A stretch of 64,000 nt of DNA from Crocinitomicaceae bacterium (GTDB lineage: Bacteria; Bacteroidota; Bacteroidia; Flavobacteriales_D; Parvicellaceae), in NCBI GenBank assembly GCA_002716065.1, contig PAZE01000048.1, positions 13-64,012 on the forward strand. The letters are read 5' to 3'. The notes below the pieces were generated by a model. The model saw nothing but the letters and a program-made list of their open reading frames with translations. It did not search any database and was not told the DNA's origin. A program made the translations under genes and the position numbers. Within the stretch, counting starts at the first letter, position 1, and the number at the start of each line of letters is the position of its first letter. Shown piece by piece: positions 1 through 10,124 of the stretch.

Positions 1-930
1 GATCAATTGAATTTAACTTCATACAAGCCATGGGATACCCAAGTAGATGCTGAAAATAAACCCCCATTAGCTCCATTTACAACAAGTAGTGAGCTCATTG
101 ACAAATCTATAGATTGTTTTAATAAGCTTGATTTCTACTTTGGGAAATGTCTTAAAACTATGTCTGAGATGAATCACCTGGATTTGGAATCTAAACAGGG
201 AAAAGCACCTGGAGGTTTTATGTATCCGCTTTATGAAATAGGAGTTCCATTTATTTTCATGAATGCTGTGGGTTCTCAAAGAGATGTAGTTACCATGCTT
301 CATGAAGGTGGGCATGCAGTGCATTCTTTTTTGAGTAAACATTTAACTCTGACTGAATTTAAAAGTACACCATCTGAAGTTGCAGAATTGGCTTCTATGT
401 CAATGGAGCTTTTGACAATGGACTTTTGGGATGTCTTTTACCAAGATAAACAAGACTTAAAAAGAGCTAAAATAGAACAATTGGAGAAGGCTCTTGAAGG
501 TTTGCCATGGATTGCAGCAATAGATAAATTTCAGCACTGGATTTATACCACTAAACATACTGCTAAGCAGAGAAAAGAAAAGTGGGTTGAAATTAATAAC
601 CAGTTTGGCAATCAAATTGTAGATTGGACCGGTTATGAGATGGCTTTAGAAAATCAATGGCAAAAGCAACTTCACTTGTATGAAGTGCCATTTTACTACA
701 TTGAATATGGTATGGCTCAGCTTGGTGCTATTGCCGTATGGCAAAATTATAAGCTTAATGGTTTAGAAGCTATTGAAGATTATAAACAGGCTTTAAAGCT
801 GGGTTATACTAAAACTATTTCTGAAATTTATAAGACAGCAGGTATAGCTTTTGATTTCTCAGGCAATTACATTGAGGAACTGGCAAAATTTACTCTAAAT
901 CAATTGGATGTAATTAATCAAACTGATTAA
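1..930 (+). CDS. M3 family oligoendopeptidase (PepF-like), C-terminal part; 5' end lies outside the window
   Basis: Frame is open from base 1. HEGGH zinc-binding motif (MLHEGGHAVHS) and overall M3/oligoendopeptidase F-like C-terminal sequence. Confidence 0.8.
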   Translation, partial: DQLNLTSYKPWDTQVDAENKPPLAPFTTSSELIDKSIDCFNKLDFYFGKCLKTMSEMNHLDLESKQGKAPGGFMYPLYEIGVPFIFMNAVGSQRDVVTMLHEGGHAVHSFLSKHLTLTEFKSTPSEVAELASMSMELLTMDFWDVFYQDKQDLKRAKIEQLEKALEGLPWIAAIDKFQHWIYTTKHTAKQRKEKWVEINNQFGNQIVDWTGYEMALENQWQKQLHLYEVPFYYIEYGMAQLGAIAVWQNYKLNGLEAIEDYKQALKLGYTKTISEIYKTAGIAFDFSGNYIEELAKFTLNQLDVINQTD

Positions 931-1606
931 ATGGTTTACTTTCTTTTTTAGGTTCCCTTTTTTTAATATAGCTAATGTAATAGGGCATAAGAACCCATGT
1001 TGTTTTTGGATTCCAATACACCCATTGTTTTTCTCGAATGATGTTCAGACCAATTTTTCCTTTTTTTGAAATTTTGTATTCACCTGAAAATGTCCATCTG
1101 TATTTATTGAAGCCATTAAGTGCCCCAGTTTCAAAGTGCTGAAAAAACTCCAATGCAACTGAAGATTTAAATTTGGTGTCAGGAACATTAAGCTTAACTT
1201 TTAAGCGATAACGTAAATCATTGTCAAAGTAGTCTCCTTCACTTTTTTTGATTCCAAGTTGATTTTTTGTTTGATAACGAATTCTAAAAGAAATATCAGA
1301 ACCAATACTATAGTCAATGTGATATCTGAGATGATTTTCAATGGAATTATTAAATTCCTGAATTAGTCTAATTCCTGAAGATAATCTTGTTTTTTTGGAT
1401 TTGTATTTAATAGAAGACTGAGTGAAAAATTGATTTAATTCGCCTGTGCTAACATTTGCTCTAAGCTGATTTTCAACATCAATTTTAAATTGTTTATTTA
1501 GCTTAAACCGAAATGTATGTGCTGGCCATAATTCCATTGTTCGGGTTTGTGCAGTAAAAATTGTGCTCAAAAACATTAATGGTAGTATGAAATAAAATCT
1601 ATTCAT
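914..1606 (-). CDS. hypothetical secreted or outer-membrane beta-barrel-like protein (possibly DUF2490-like)
   Basis: N-terminal signal peptide (MNRFYFILPLMFLSTIFTAQT) and alternating beta-strand-like pattern rich in Y/F/R/K. Family assignment is from memory only. Confidence 0.4.
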   Translation of the reverse strand: MNRFYFILPLMFLSTIFTAQTRTMELWPAHTFRFKLNKQFKIDVENQLRANVSTGELNQFFTQSSIKYKSKKTRLSSGIRLIQEFNNSIENHLRYHIDYSIGSDISFRIRYQTKNQLGIKKSEGDYFDNDLRYRLKVKLNVPDTKFKSSVALEFFQHFETGALNGFNKYRWTFSGEYKISKKGKIGLNIIREKQWVYWNPKTTWVLMPYYISYIKKREPKKESKPFNQFD

Positions 1607-1611
1607 TTAGA

Positions 1612-2967
1612 TTAATTGGTACATTTAGTTAATGGCTCATCGCTCCCTGAAGGGATCCCTTCAATTAGAAGAGATTCAATGACACTTTTTCGGTTAAGAA
1701 TCCATGAAGTTAGTTTAGCTAATTTATCTTGATATTGAGTATCGTTTTGAGCGGTTTGAACTTGGCTTGCTGCATTGGTTATAAATGAGCTTAATAGCGC
1801 ATCGTTCCATACATCATCAATTAATCGTTGCATTTCGATATTGAATTTTATTGCGGTTTCATCAATTCTAGAGAGTCTTCTTGGAAGCTCTGCAGTAAGA
1901 TAATTCTCGAAAGAGTTATCATCTCCATAATAATCTAATCCCCATGGAATAAAAGTGGCTCTGTTGTTGTCATTAGGGTCGAAATAGATGAAAAAATTAT
2001 TTCTATTAGCACAATAGCCGTCATCACTTGCAAGAAGTGCTTCAAGTGCCCAGAATGTAATAAACCTGTCAATATTCAAGTATTGGTTTAATTCATTAAC
2101 TAATTGATCATCTGGTAGTTCTAAAGCTTCACAGATTGCTCTAATTGGATTACCAATCGGATCTGTAGATTCGGTTTTAGCGTCCCATCTAGGAAGCCAA
2201 TCTTTATGAAAATCAATTACTTGACCCTCGTATAAATGTCCATTGGAGTTTCCAAATGCTCGTTCTAAGAATTTTTCATCCATACTTTCTATATGGGTGT
2301 AAATTCCAAAAGATTCACTATTAATGGTAACATTAGCCATATTTGCTCTTGGGGCTGGGTAGTTGGCCAGTTCATAAATTTTAAGTGCTAAGGAGGTCCA
2401 AATTCTTGTTCCATCTTGTGAATTGTTGTTCAATGTTACACTGTTGGTTAAGTTAAAGCTTGTATTTTGATTATTTCTGTTGGTTTCAATTTTTACTGAG
2501 GGAGCAGTTGAAAATATTGAACCTAGAAATCCTTTTTTTCGAATGCCTACATTTTGTATTTCAATGTCATCTATTTCAATATTAGCGGTGTACCAATTGT
2601 ATTCATTTGGGAAAGGAACATCACACTGTGTTGCATATTGAAGAAGTACTGCACAAGCTGTGTTTCCTTGGTTATCGTATATGTCAGGTCCAAATCTGGA
2701 TTCATTTCGCATAATTTGAAAATCATTCTCATTCATTTGAATATTTACACAGAAAAGATGATTGTTGTCAAAAGATAGCTCTCCATTTTCAAATGTTCCG
2801 TTGGAAGTATTTTGAGTACACGGAATCCCTGGAGGACGATCTTCCCATAGGTCAAAGGCATCCATAATTGCATTAGCAGTGATATTGAGAATTAATTTTC
2901 TGCAAGAAAAAGTCAATAAAGCTACAATTATCAGTAAGGAAAATAGAACTGTTTTTTTATATTTCAT
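1612..2967 (-). CDS. CotH kinase family protein, probable lipoprotein
   Basis: ATG at 2967 (MKYKKTVLFSLLIIVALLTFSC, lipobox-like Cys). CotH-like segments (NFFIYFDPNDN...FIPWGLDYYG). The TTG at 2997 on the track is probably an over-extension. Confidence 0.6.
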   Translation of the reverse strand: MKYKKTVLFSLLIIVALLTFSCRKLILNITANAIMDAFDLWEDRPPGIPCTQNTSNGTFENGELSFDNNHLFCVNIQMNENDFQIMRNESRFGPDIYDNQGNTACAVLLQYATQCDVPFPNEYNWYTANIEIDDIEIQNVGIRKKGFLGSIFSTAPSVKIETNRNNQNTSFNLTNSVTLNNNSQDGTRIWTSLALKIYELANYPAPRANMANVTINSESFGIYTHIESMDEKFLERAFGNSNGHLYEGQVIDFHKDWLPRWDAKTESTDPIGNPIRAICEALELPDDQLVNELNQYLNIDRFITFWALEALLASDDGYCANRNNFFIYFDPNDNNRATFIPWGLDYYGDDNSFENYLTAELPRRLSRIDETAIKFNIEMQRLIDDVWNDALLSSFITNAASQVQTAQNDTQYQDKLAKLTSWILNRKSVIESLLIEGIPSGSDEPLTKCTN

Positions 2968-3072
2968 AGGATAAATACTTATCAAATATAATACCAAATA
3001 CAGAAAAAATAGATGAACATAATCTATTGTTAGTTACGTTTGTTTATCTTCAGACTCCAAAATTTCCCTCTG

Positions 3073-5136
3073 ATGAAAAACATCTTCTTTTTTACCTTAG
3101 TTCTTTTATTTAACTGTTCATTTTTATCTCAGGTTAATCCAGAAAATATTGAAATTGTAAGGGGTCAATATGGAACTCCACACATTTTTTCTAACTCTGA
3201 CAAGGAGGCCTCTTTTGGTTTAGCATGGGCTCATGCAGAAGATGATTTTAAAACCATTCAACAAACATTTTTGCCTGTAAAAAGTTTGTTGGGTAAATAT
3301 CAAGGAGCAGAAGGGGCAAAATTAGACTACATTGTTTATTTGTTAAAGTGTAAAGAAACTGTTGAGGCCAATTATCATAAGTTATCTGAAGAAGTATTGG
3401 AGGTAATTGACGGATATGTTCAGGGCATCAACGCCTATGCTAAAGCCCATCCCGAAGAAGTGTTGGTGAAAAATACATTTCCAATTACCGTTAAGGAGTA
3501 CCTAATAGGTTATAATTTGGTTATTCATTTTTTTTCTGATACTGGAGATATTTTAAGAAAGCTTTTTGGCAATAAGATTGCACCATTGGACGATGTGTCA
3601 TTAAATCCTACAGGCTCTAATGGTTTTGCATTCAGAAAGCAAAAAACAGCTGATAGTAAAACCTATTTAAATGTTAATACTCATCAACCATTGGAAGGTC
3701 CATTTGCATGGTATGAAGCTCATGTGGTTTCAAATGAAGGTTGGAATATGTTAGGAGGACTTTTTCCTGGCTCACCATTTCCATTTATTGGCACAAATGA
3801 ACATCTTGGATGGACTCATACGTATAATTATCCTGATTTAATTGATTTGTATCAGCTAGAAATGCATCCTAGAAATAAGCGTAAATATAAATTTGATGAT
3901 CAATGGGTAAAACTAATTAAATCAAAAGCTAAGCTAAAAGTGAAGCTAAAAATGGGAATTACGATTCCTGTTCGAAAAAAAGTTTTTTGGAGTAAGTACG
4001 GTCCTGTAGTTAAAAATGATAGTGGTGTATTTTCTTTTCATTTAAATGCATTGGAGAATATATCGTCAATTGATCAATGGTATCACATGAACAAATCAAC
4101 CAATTTTGATGAATTTAGCAAGGCGCTTAATATTATGGGAATTCCACGGTTTAATATTGTTTATGCTGATAGAGCGGATAATATTTATTATTTAAGTAAT
4201 GCTCAGCTTCCTGTTAGAGATTCGTCAATTAATTGGAATACTTTACTTCCAGGTAACACTTCAAAAACACTAACCAATTCCTACCATAAAATAGAAGATT
4301 TGCCTCAAGTTTTTAACCCATCTTGCGGATACATCTTTAATACCAATAATAGCCCATACAATTGCACACACAAAGACGACAATCCTAATGAGCTACTGTA
4401 TCCCTCTACTTTTTCATTTAGGGAAGACATTAACAATAGAAGTATTCGCTTTGAAGAGCTCATTGCCCAATACGATAAAATTTCTTACGAAGATTTTATT
4501 GCCATTAAATACGATCAACAATATCCTACACCTATTTTTTGTCCTTTTGAGATAAATGGAGTGTTTAATTTAAATCCTGATGATTACCCACATATTAAAG
4601 AGCTAATTAACTTATTTATTAACTGGGATAGAAAGGCGGATGTTAACAATAAAGCTGCTGCACATTGGTATGTCTATTTTAAACACTTAAGAAAAAGCGT
4701 AAAAAAATTAAAGCTGGATGTTCAGCTTCCTGTAGAAGATTCTATTTTGGTGAAATCTTTAGAGTATACCCAAGATTTTTTCATGCATAATTTCGGAACC
4801 TTAGATGTATTACATGGAGATTTTCAAAAACACATCAGGTCAAATGTGCAACTGCCAGTTCCTGGATTAATGGATATGATAGCTGCTACATCATCAAATA
4901 AGTACGATTCTACAAAAATAAAGGCTGTCTCTGGCGATTCGTACATTATGTTGATTCGGTATTCTGAGGATAAAGTTGAAATTGAAACTGTTTTACCTTA
5001 TGGAATTAGTAACCACGAGGATTCACCACACCACACCGATCAGATGCACATGTATGTAAATCATCAACGAAAAAGAATGACTTTAGATAAAGATGAAATC
5101 TACAAAACAGCAAAGAGTATTTATCATCCTAAATGA
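3073..5136 (+). CDS. penicillin acylase / acyl-homoserine-lactone acylase family protein (Ntn hydrolase)
   Basis: Signal peptide from ATG 3073. Internal G-S-N (PTGSNGFAF) in the position of the autoproteolytic Ser nucleophile. Size is about 690 aa. Confidence 0.8.
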   Translation: MKNIFFFTLVLLFNCSFLSQVNPENIEIVRGQYGTPHIFSNSDKEASFGLAWAHAEDDFKTIQQTFLPVKSLLGKYQGAEGAKLDYIVYLLKCKETVEANYHKLSEEVLEVIDGYVQGINAYAKAHPEEVLVKNTFPITVKEYLIGYNLVIHFFSDTGDILRKLFGNKIAPLDDVSLNPTGSNGFAFRKQKTADSKTYLNVNTHQPLEGPFAWYEAHVVSNEGWNMLGGLFPGSPFPFIGTNEHLGWTHTYNYPDLIDLYQLEMHPRNKRKYKFDDQWVKLIKSKAKLKVKLKMGITIPVRKKVFWSKYGPVVKNDSGVFSFHLNALENISSIDQWYHMNKSTNFDEFSKALNIMGIPRFNIVYADRADNIYYLSNAQLPVRDSSINWNTLLPGNTSKTLTNSYHKIEDLPQVFNPSCGYIFNTNNSPYNCTHKDDNPNELLYPSTFSFREDINNRSIRFEELIAQYDKISYEDFIAIKYDQQYPTPIFCPFEINGVFNLNPDDYPHIKELINLFINWDRKADVNNKAAAHWYVYFKHLRKSVKKLKLDVQLPVEDSILVKSLEYTQDFFMHNFGTLDVLHGDFQKHIRSNVQLPVPGLMDMIAATSSNKYDSTKIKAVSGDSYIMLIRYSEDKVEIETVLPYGISNHEDSPHHTDQMHMYVNHQRKRMTLDKDEIYKTAKSIYHPK

Positions 5137-7147
5137 TTTTTTGCAATTCAACAATAGCCTCTTCTGCAGAGTAAATAGTGTTTAAACAAGTGTTCCCTTT
5201 ACAAATATAGATTCCTGTTTTATCTTCCAAAAATTTACCCTTTAAAATAGGTATTTTTGACTTTTTAGTACTTCCTGAGATGATACAATTGGGTAAATAA
5301 TTTTTACTCAGTTTGTTTTTAAAATCAATAGCGTTATCACCTGAAACAACAAGTTGAATGGGTTCCTTAGCAATCCAATTAATTAGCTTTCCCCAATTGG
5401 CATAATACCCAGCTGAGTTCTTGTAGTAATCAATTATGTGTCCACACATGTTCTTAGCTTGATTAATGTAATCGTTATTCAGATACAGCACACCTAAAAT
5501 ATATAGATTAATTGCCATTTGAGAATTCGAGCTTGGAATTACATTATCTGTTAGTTCCATTTTTTTTGCAACTAATTTATTGGATTCATTGTTGCAGTAA
5601 TAAAATAAATTGTTGTCTTTTTCTTTGAAATTATTTAGTGTGTAGTTGGTTATTTCCAATGCTGTAGTCAACCATTTTTCATCGAAAGTAGCTTGATATA
5701 GTTTAATAAAGGCTTGAATGGTAAATGCATAGTCATCTAAAAAACCATCAATAGAATTAGATGTGTAATTCATGGTTCTGTTTAGACTGTAGTTATTATT
5801 TAATGAGTTAGAAAGTAATAGATTTCCTAGTTCAGTTGCTTTTTCAAGGTATTCATTAGTAGCTAAGGCGTTATATGCATGAGTTAATCCAATTGTTGTA
5901 AGGGCATTCCAAGAAGTAAGAATTTTACTGTCTAATGATGGTTTAGTCCTTTTGTTTCTTTGATTAAGTAATGTTTTTTTGTGCTCAATAAGTTTAGATT
6001 TAAATGAATTTGAATCAATTGAGTTGTTTTCGCAATATTCTTCAATAGATGAATTTATATGAATTATATTCTTGTTTTGTTCCCAATTACCCTGCTTTTC
6101 AATCTTAAAATAGTCTAAAAAACTGATGTCAGAAATTAGACTTCTTACCTCATCATAAGTCCAGGTGTAAAATTTACCTTCTTCACCTTCAGAATCTGCA
6201 TCTAATGAGCTAAAGTAACCAACGTTTTTACAGTATAATTCTGAGGTTAAAAAGGAAATAGAATCTTCAATAATTTCTTTGTAGGCTATGTTTTTTGTTT
6301 GCAGATAGGCGATAGCGTAAGAACTTATTAGCTGAGCATTGTCGTAAAGCATTTTTTCAAAATGAGGTGCAAACCATTTTTTATCTGTTGAATATCTTGA
6401 AAAACCACCTTGTAAATGATCATAGATTCCACCATTATACATCTTTGTTAGCTGTTTAGTTGCAGCCAACAGAAGGGTGTTGTCTTTTAAAAGGTATTGA
6501 CAATGCAGTAAATAATTTATTGCTGCTGGCATGGGGAATTTAGGTGCTCCTACGTTTCCACCGTAAATAGGGTCAATGGTTGTTTTCCATTTATCTACAG
6601 CACTTTTAATGAAATCTATGTTAATAACAGAAATGGTTTGGCTATTTGAAAATTCATTATTGGTTAAAGCTTGAAGAATTTTATGGGCTTGTGAAATCAA
6701 TCTTTTTCGATCTTTTTTATATAAGTCTACAATCTGATTTAATAGATATGTCCATTGTTTTTTATTAAAATAAGTTCCGCCATAAAATGGTTTGCCATCA
6801 GGAAGGGCTATACAATTCAATGGCCAACCACCTTGACCAGTAAGCAATTGAACAGCTTCCATATAAACCATATCAATATCTGGTCTTTCTTCCTTATCTA
6901 CTTTAATGCATATAAAGTTGTCGTTCATTAAGCTGGCAACATGGATATCTTCAAAAGATTCTTTTTCCATAACATGGCACCAATGGCATGCGGAGTATCC
7001 AATGCTTATAATAAGAAGTTTATCTTGTTGTTTTGCTTTTTCAATAATAGCATCACTCCAAGGAACCCAATTAACAGGGTTGTAAGCATGTTGTTGTAAG
7101 TAAGTGCTTTTTTCATTAATAAGTGAATTATGAGAATTTTTCTTCAA
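5129..7147 (-). CDS. thioredoxin domain-containing protein, YyaL/DUF255 family
   Basis: N-terminal thioredoxin-like CxxC (YSACHWCHVME) followed by a long alpha/alpha-toroid-like region. 672 aa is typical for the family. Confidence 0.8.
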   Translation of the reverse strand: MKKNSHNSLINEKSTYLQQHAYNPVNWVPWSDAIIEKAKQQDKLLIISIGYSACHWCHVMEKESFEDIHVASLMNDNFICIKVDKEERPDIDMVYMEAVQLLTGQGGWPLNCIALPDGKPFYGGTYFNKKQWTYLLNQIVDLYKKDRKRLISQAHKILQALTNNEFSNSQTISVINIDFIKSAVDKWKTTIDPIYGGNVGAPKFPMPAAINYLLHCQYLLKDNTLLLAATKQLTKMYNGGIYDHLQGGFSRYSTDKKWFAPHFEKMLYDNAQLISSYAIAYLQTKNIAYKEIIEDSISFLTSELYCKNVGYFSSLDADSEGEEGKFYTWTYDEVRSLISDISFLDYFKIEKQGNWEQNKNIIHINSSIEEYCENNSIDSNSFKSKLIEHKKTLLNQRNKRTKPSLDSKILTSWNALTTIGLTHAYNALATNEYLEKATELGNLLLSNSLNNNYSLNRTMNYTSNSIDGFLDDYAFTIQAFIKLYQATFDEKWLTTALEITNYTLNNFKEKDNNLFYYCNNESNKLVAKKMELTDNVIPSSNSQMAINLYILGVLYLNNDYINQAKNMCGHIIDYYKNSAGYYANWGKLINWIAKEPIQLVVSGDNAIDFKNKLSKNYLPNCIISGSTKKSKIPILKGKFLEDKTGIYICKGNTCLNTIYSAEEAIVELQKII

Positions 7148-7211
7148 AAGGTTTAGGGTTTTAAAAGATTAGCAAGTAATTGTAAGAAGCGTTCACTTTT
7201 TTTAAAAATAG

Positions 7212-7622
7212 GTAAATTCAAAAGATATCAATATATTCGCAGCAAAATTAGAAATTCTGCAAACCTCTAACAATTCAAATATTAGTTTTTCATCAATAGT
7301 CTATTTACTGAAAAAGGCTTCATTTTGTATTGTATTTCTTCTTTTTCTTTCAAACTTTTTATTTCCTCAGTTTGTAAATAAATTCTTTGAAAATCCAGTA
7401 GAGTTTTCCGAAAATTACGTTGAAACAGATTTTGAAAGTGAAAACTCTGAACAAGAAAAAGAAACAGAACAGGTTGAAGATGCTGAATCAGACGATTTTT
7501 TTCAAGAGAATTTTTGTTCTAAATCTATTGATAATTTAATTTGCTCTGCTGATTTTTTATCTAATGTTATTTTTGCAAATTCATTTGGTGATATTCATAC
7601 GCCTCCCCCTGAATTTTCTTAA
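7212..7622 (+). CDS. candidate unannotated small protein (hydrophobic N-terminus, acidic C-terminal half) lacking a canonical start codon; could be a pseudogene
   Basis: My own translation gives 136 sense codons between the TAG at 7209 and the TAA at 7620, with no in-frame ATG/GTG/TTG. Includes ...SIVYLLKKASFCIVFLLFLSNFLFPQF... then ...ETDFESENSEQEKETEQVEDAESDDFF... Followed by two hairpins. Confidence 0.25.
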   Translation, partial: VNSKDINIFAAKLEILQTSNNSNISFSSIVYLLKKASFCIVFLLFLSNFLFPQFVNKFFENPVEFSENYVETDFESENSEQEKETEQVEDAESDDFFQENFCSKSIDNLICSADFLSNVIFANSFGDIHTPPPEFS

Positions 7623-7627
7623 TATTG

Positions 7628-7677
7628 GTCAACTTTATTTCTAGTTGACTTATGGTTCCTATTGTGTGGAACCATAA
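7628..7677 (+). terminator. two consecutive perfect hairpins downstream of the candidate ORF (possible terminator or RNA element)
   Basis: GTCAAC (7628-7633) pairs with GTTGAC (7644-7649). TTATGGTTCC (7650-7659) pairs with GGAACCATAA (7668-7677), a 10-bp perfect stem with an 8-nt loop. There is no clean U-tract after it. Confidence 0.35.
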
Positions 7678-7744
7678 TTGCTAATAAATCAAATTAAAAA
7701 TAAAAGTTTAATAAGTTGGTTTTCCAACAAATTGCATAAAAATT

Positions 7745-9373
7745 ATGTTTAATAAAAAAAGTAAAAATTTTAGTTTATCACATTTTAAAAGTGATATTCC
7801 AGCGGCTATCGTAGTTTGGTTAGTTGCCCTTCCATTATGTATTGGAATAGCTCAAGGTTCAAATGTTAATGCTTTCTCTGGTCTAATTGCAGGAATTATT
7901 GGAGGTATTGTAGTTACCTTTTTTAGTGGGTCAAAATTTGGTGTTAGTGGTCCTGCTGCGGGACTTATTACCATTGTTCTTGCAGGGATTGTTACTTTAG
8001 ATGGTGATGTAAAACCTGATGATGTTTCTATATTCTTTCTTGCAGTATTTCTTTCTGGAGTTATTCAGTTTCTGCTTGGTCTTTTTCGCTTAGGTGTAAT
8101 TGGCTATTTTGTACCTACTTCTGTTATAAATGGTATGCTAGCATCCATTGGTTTGATTCTAATGCTAAAACAAATTCCATCAATAATAGGTGGTTACAAA
8201 GATTTAAATCCAGATGCTTATTCAAATTATACAGATGCAGAGAAGTTAGATTTACATTTTTTAACAAAAATTTGGATAGATACCCAATCTGCGATTATGA
8301 ATCCTACTTATGGTGCAGTTATAATTTTTACAATTTGTTTAGGAGTTATGTTGTTATGGGAGCTTAAATTTTTTAAGTCTAGAAAATTATTTCAATATTT
8401 ACCTGGATCTTTAGTGGCCGTTATTTTAGGTGGTGTATTGGCGTATTTATTTTCCTCAATGGGAACTGATTCTGGTTCTTCATTAGCATTAGTTGCTGAA
8501 CAAAAAGTCGGTTTGCCACAAGCAGTAAAAGATTGGGATTTTAAAAATCTAATAAAATTTCCTGACTTTTCACATCTTTCAAATCCACAAGTTTGGCTTG
8601 TGGGATTAACTATTGCAATTGTTGGAAGTATAGAAACTCTACTTAGTGTTGAAGCAACAGATAAGTTGGATCCAGATAAAAATATTTCCCCAACCAATAA
8701 AGAGCTTAAAGCTCAAGGCATAGGAAATGCCATTTCAGGATTGATTGGAGGATTACCAATTACGATGGTAATAGTAAGAAGTTCTGCCAATATAAATGCA
8801 AAAGCAAAAACTCAACTTTCTGCAATATATCATGGTATTTTATTGCTTGTTTCAGTTTTCACTTTTCCATGGTTATTGGAAATGATTCCAACAGCATCAT
8901 TAGCTGCAATACTTTGTATTTTAGGTTTTAAATTATTGAAATTGAAGAAGGTAATTGAAATGTTTAAAACTGATATTCAGGGTGCAATTGTAATATTGAC
9001 GACTATTTCTGCTGTTTTGGCTACCGACCTTTTGAAAGGGGTAGGTATTGGATTTGCATTGGCTATGTTCTTTATTTTAAGGAAAAATTATGAGCTTGCT
9101 CTAATCTCTCATACTGATGAAAAAGAAAATGAAACGGTTATTTCTTTTGCTCAAATTGTTTCTTTCTTAAATAAAGGTGCATTAATGCAAACACTTCAGG
9201 AAATTCCATCGGGTTCAAAAGTTAAAATGAGTGCTGTTAAGTGCCATACTATGAGTAAAGAAATTCAAGAAGTTATTGTTGATTTTCGTGATATCTCCAG
9301 CAAGAAAAATAACATTGAGCTTGAGTTGATAGGTTTTGAAAAGTTTGATTTCATAAATAAAACTAACAGTTAG
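7745..9373 (+). CDS. SulP family inorganic anion transporter with C-terminal STAS-like domain
   Basis: Multiple TM segments, SulP-like glycine-rich helices (GIAQGS..., GLIGGLPITMVIVRSSANI) and a soluble C-terminal domain. Confidence 0.85.
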   Translation: MFNKKSKNFSLSHFKSDIPAAIVVWLVALPLCIGIAQGSNVNAFSGLIAGIIGGIVVTFFSGSKFGVSGPAAGLITIVLAGIVTLDGDVKPDDVSIFFLAVFLSGVIQFLLGLFRLGVIGYFVPTSVINGMLASIGLILMLKQIPSIIGGYKDLNPDAYSNYTDAEKLDLHFLTKIWIDTQSAIMNPTYGAVIIFTICLGVMLLWELKFFKSRKLFQYLPGSLVAVILGGVLAYLFSSMGTDSGSSLALVAEQKVGLPQAVKDWDFKNLIKFPDFSHLSNPQVWLVGLTIAIVGSIETLLSVEATDKLDPDKNISPTNKELKAQGIGNAISGLIGGLPITMVIVRSSANINAKAKTQLSAIYHGILLLVSVFTFPWLLEMIPTASLAAILCILGFKLLKLKKVIEMFKTDIQGAIVILTTISAVLATDLLKGVGIGFALAMFFILRKNYELALISHTDEKENETVISFAQIVSFLNKGALMQTLQEIPSGSKVKMSAVKCHTMSKEIQEVIVDFRDISSKKNNIELELIGFEKFDFINKTNS

Positions 9374-10032
9374 CTTTTACTTTTCTTTAAGCTCATTAGT
9401 GTTTCAAGGGCAGTGCTTACTTGTTGCTCTTTAAGAATTATGGTAAGCTCATTGGTGGTTGATATTACTTCAATTAGATTTATTCCTTTGTAGGCAATTA
9501 TTCCCAAAAGAGAGTAGTACAGACCAGTTGTTTGTGTATTTTCTTTTGGGAGTTCTATGGTTATACTTGCAAGATTCTCTGTTTTGGTTCTATAAGGAAT
9601 GTCTTTTAGTTTTTTCTCAAAAATAGCTTTTAGATTTTCACTTATAATAATAGTGGTTTCATTTATTCCTTTAGAAAGGGTATGAAAACCTTTAGTATTG
9701 GTAAGAAGACTTATGTTGAATTTTGATTTTAATTTTTCAAATTCTGCACTATTGTTGAAATTGTAGTCTATTAATCCAGATCTAACAGTAATATCACCAA
9801 TTTTTCTAAGCTGTTTTTTGAGTATTCTAGTTTTATTTATTTCCTGTATTTCCATTCTTTTTATGGACATTACAATAGCATTGGTGTTTATTTTTCTGCC
9901 TACTAATTCTGAAATTTTAGGTTCTATTTTTCTTGCTAAGGAAGAAATATTGATTAGTCCATTGTTAATGTTTTCTAGAAGAAATGGCTCTTTCTTTAAT
10001 TCATTTTCAATATGAGTCTTAATAGAAATCAT
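9370..10032 (-). CDS. hypothetical protein with ACT-like C-terminal domain
   Basis: 220-aa ORF. The C-terminus (GLYYSLLGIIAYKGINLIEVISTTNELTIILKE) resembles ACT small-molecule-binding domains of aspartokinases. Divergent from lysA. Confidence 0.45.
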   Translation of the reverse strand: MISIKTHIENELKKEPFLLENINNGLINISSLARKIEPKISELVGRKINTNAIVMSIKRMEIQEINKTRILKKQLRKIGDITVRSGLIDYNFNNSAEFEKLKSKFNISLLTNTKGFHTLSKGINETTIIISENLKAIFEKKLKDIPYRTKTENLASITIELPKENTQTTGLYYSLLGIIAYKGINLIEVISTTNELTIILKEQQVSTALETLMSLKKSKS

Positions 10033-10124
10033 GTTAAATTTTTAACAAAAAGTTAAATTTATGACAAATATACTTCAATTATTTGTACAGCGAGATTATA
10101 GGGCTATGTTCGTTGAAAAAAAAG

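Noticed and set aside
10033-10124. GTTAAA-TT-TTTAAC palindrome plus a second GTTAAATTT, and the idea of a lysine riboswitch in front of lysA.
   Set aside because: The leader is about 90 nt, too short for an L-box, and I see none of its conserved helices. The palindromes are short and AT-only, so chance in AT-rich DNA is plausible.
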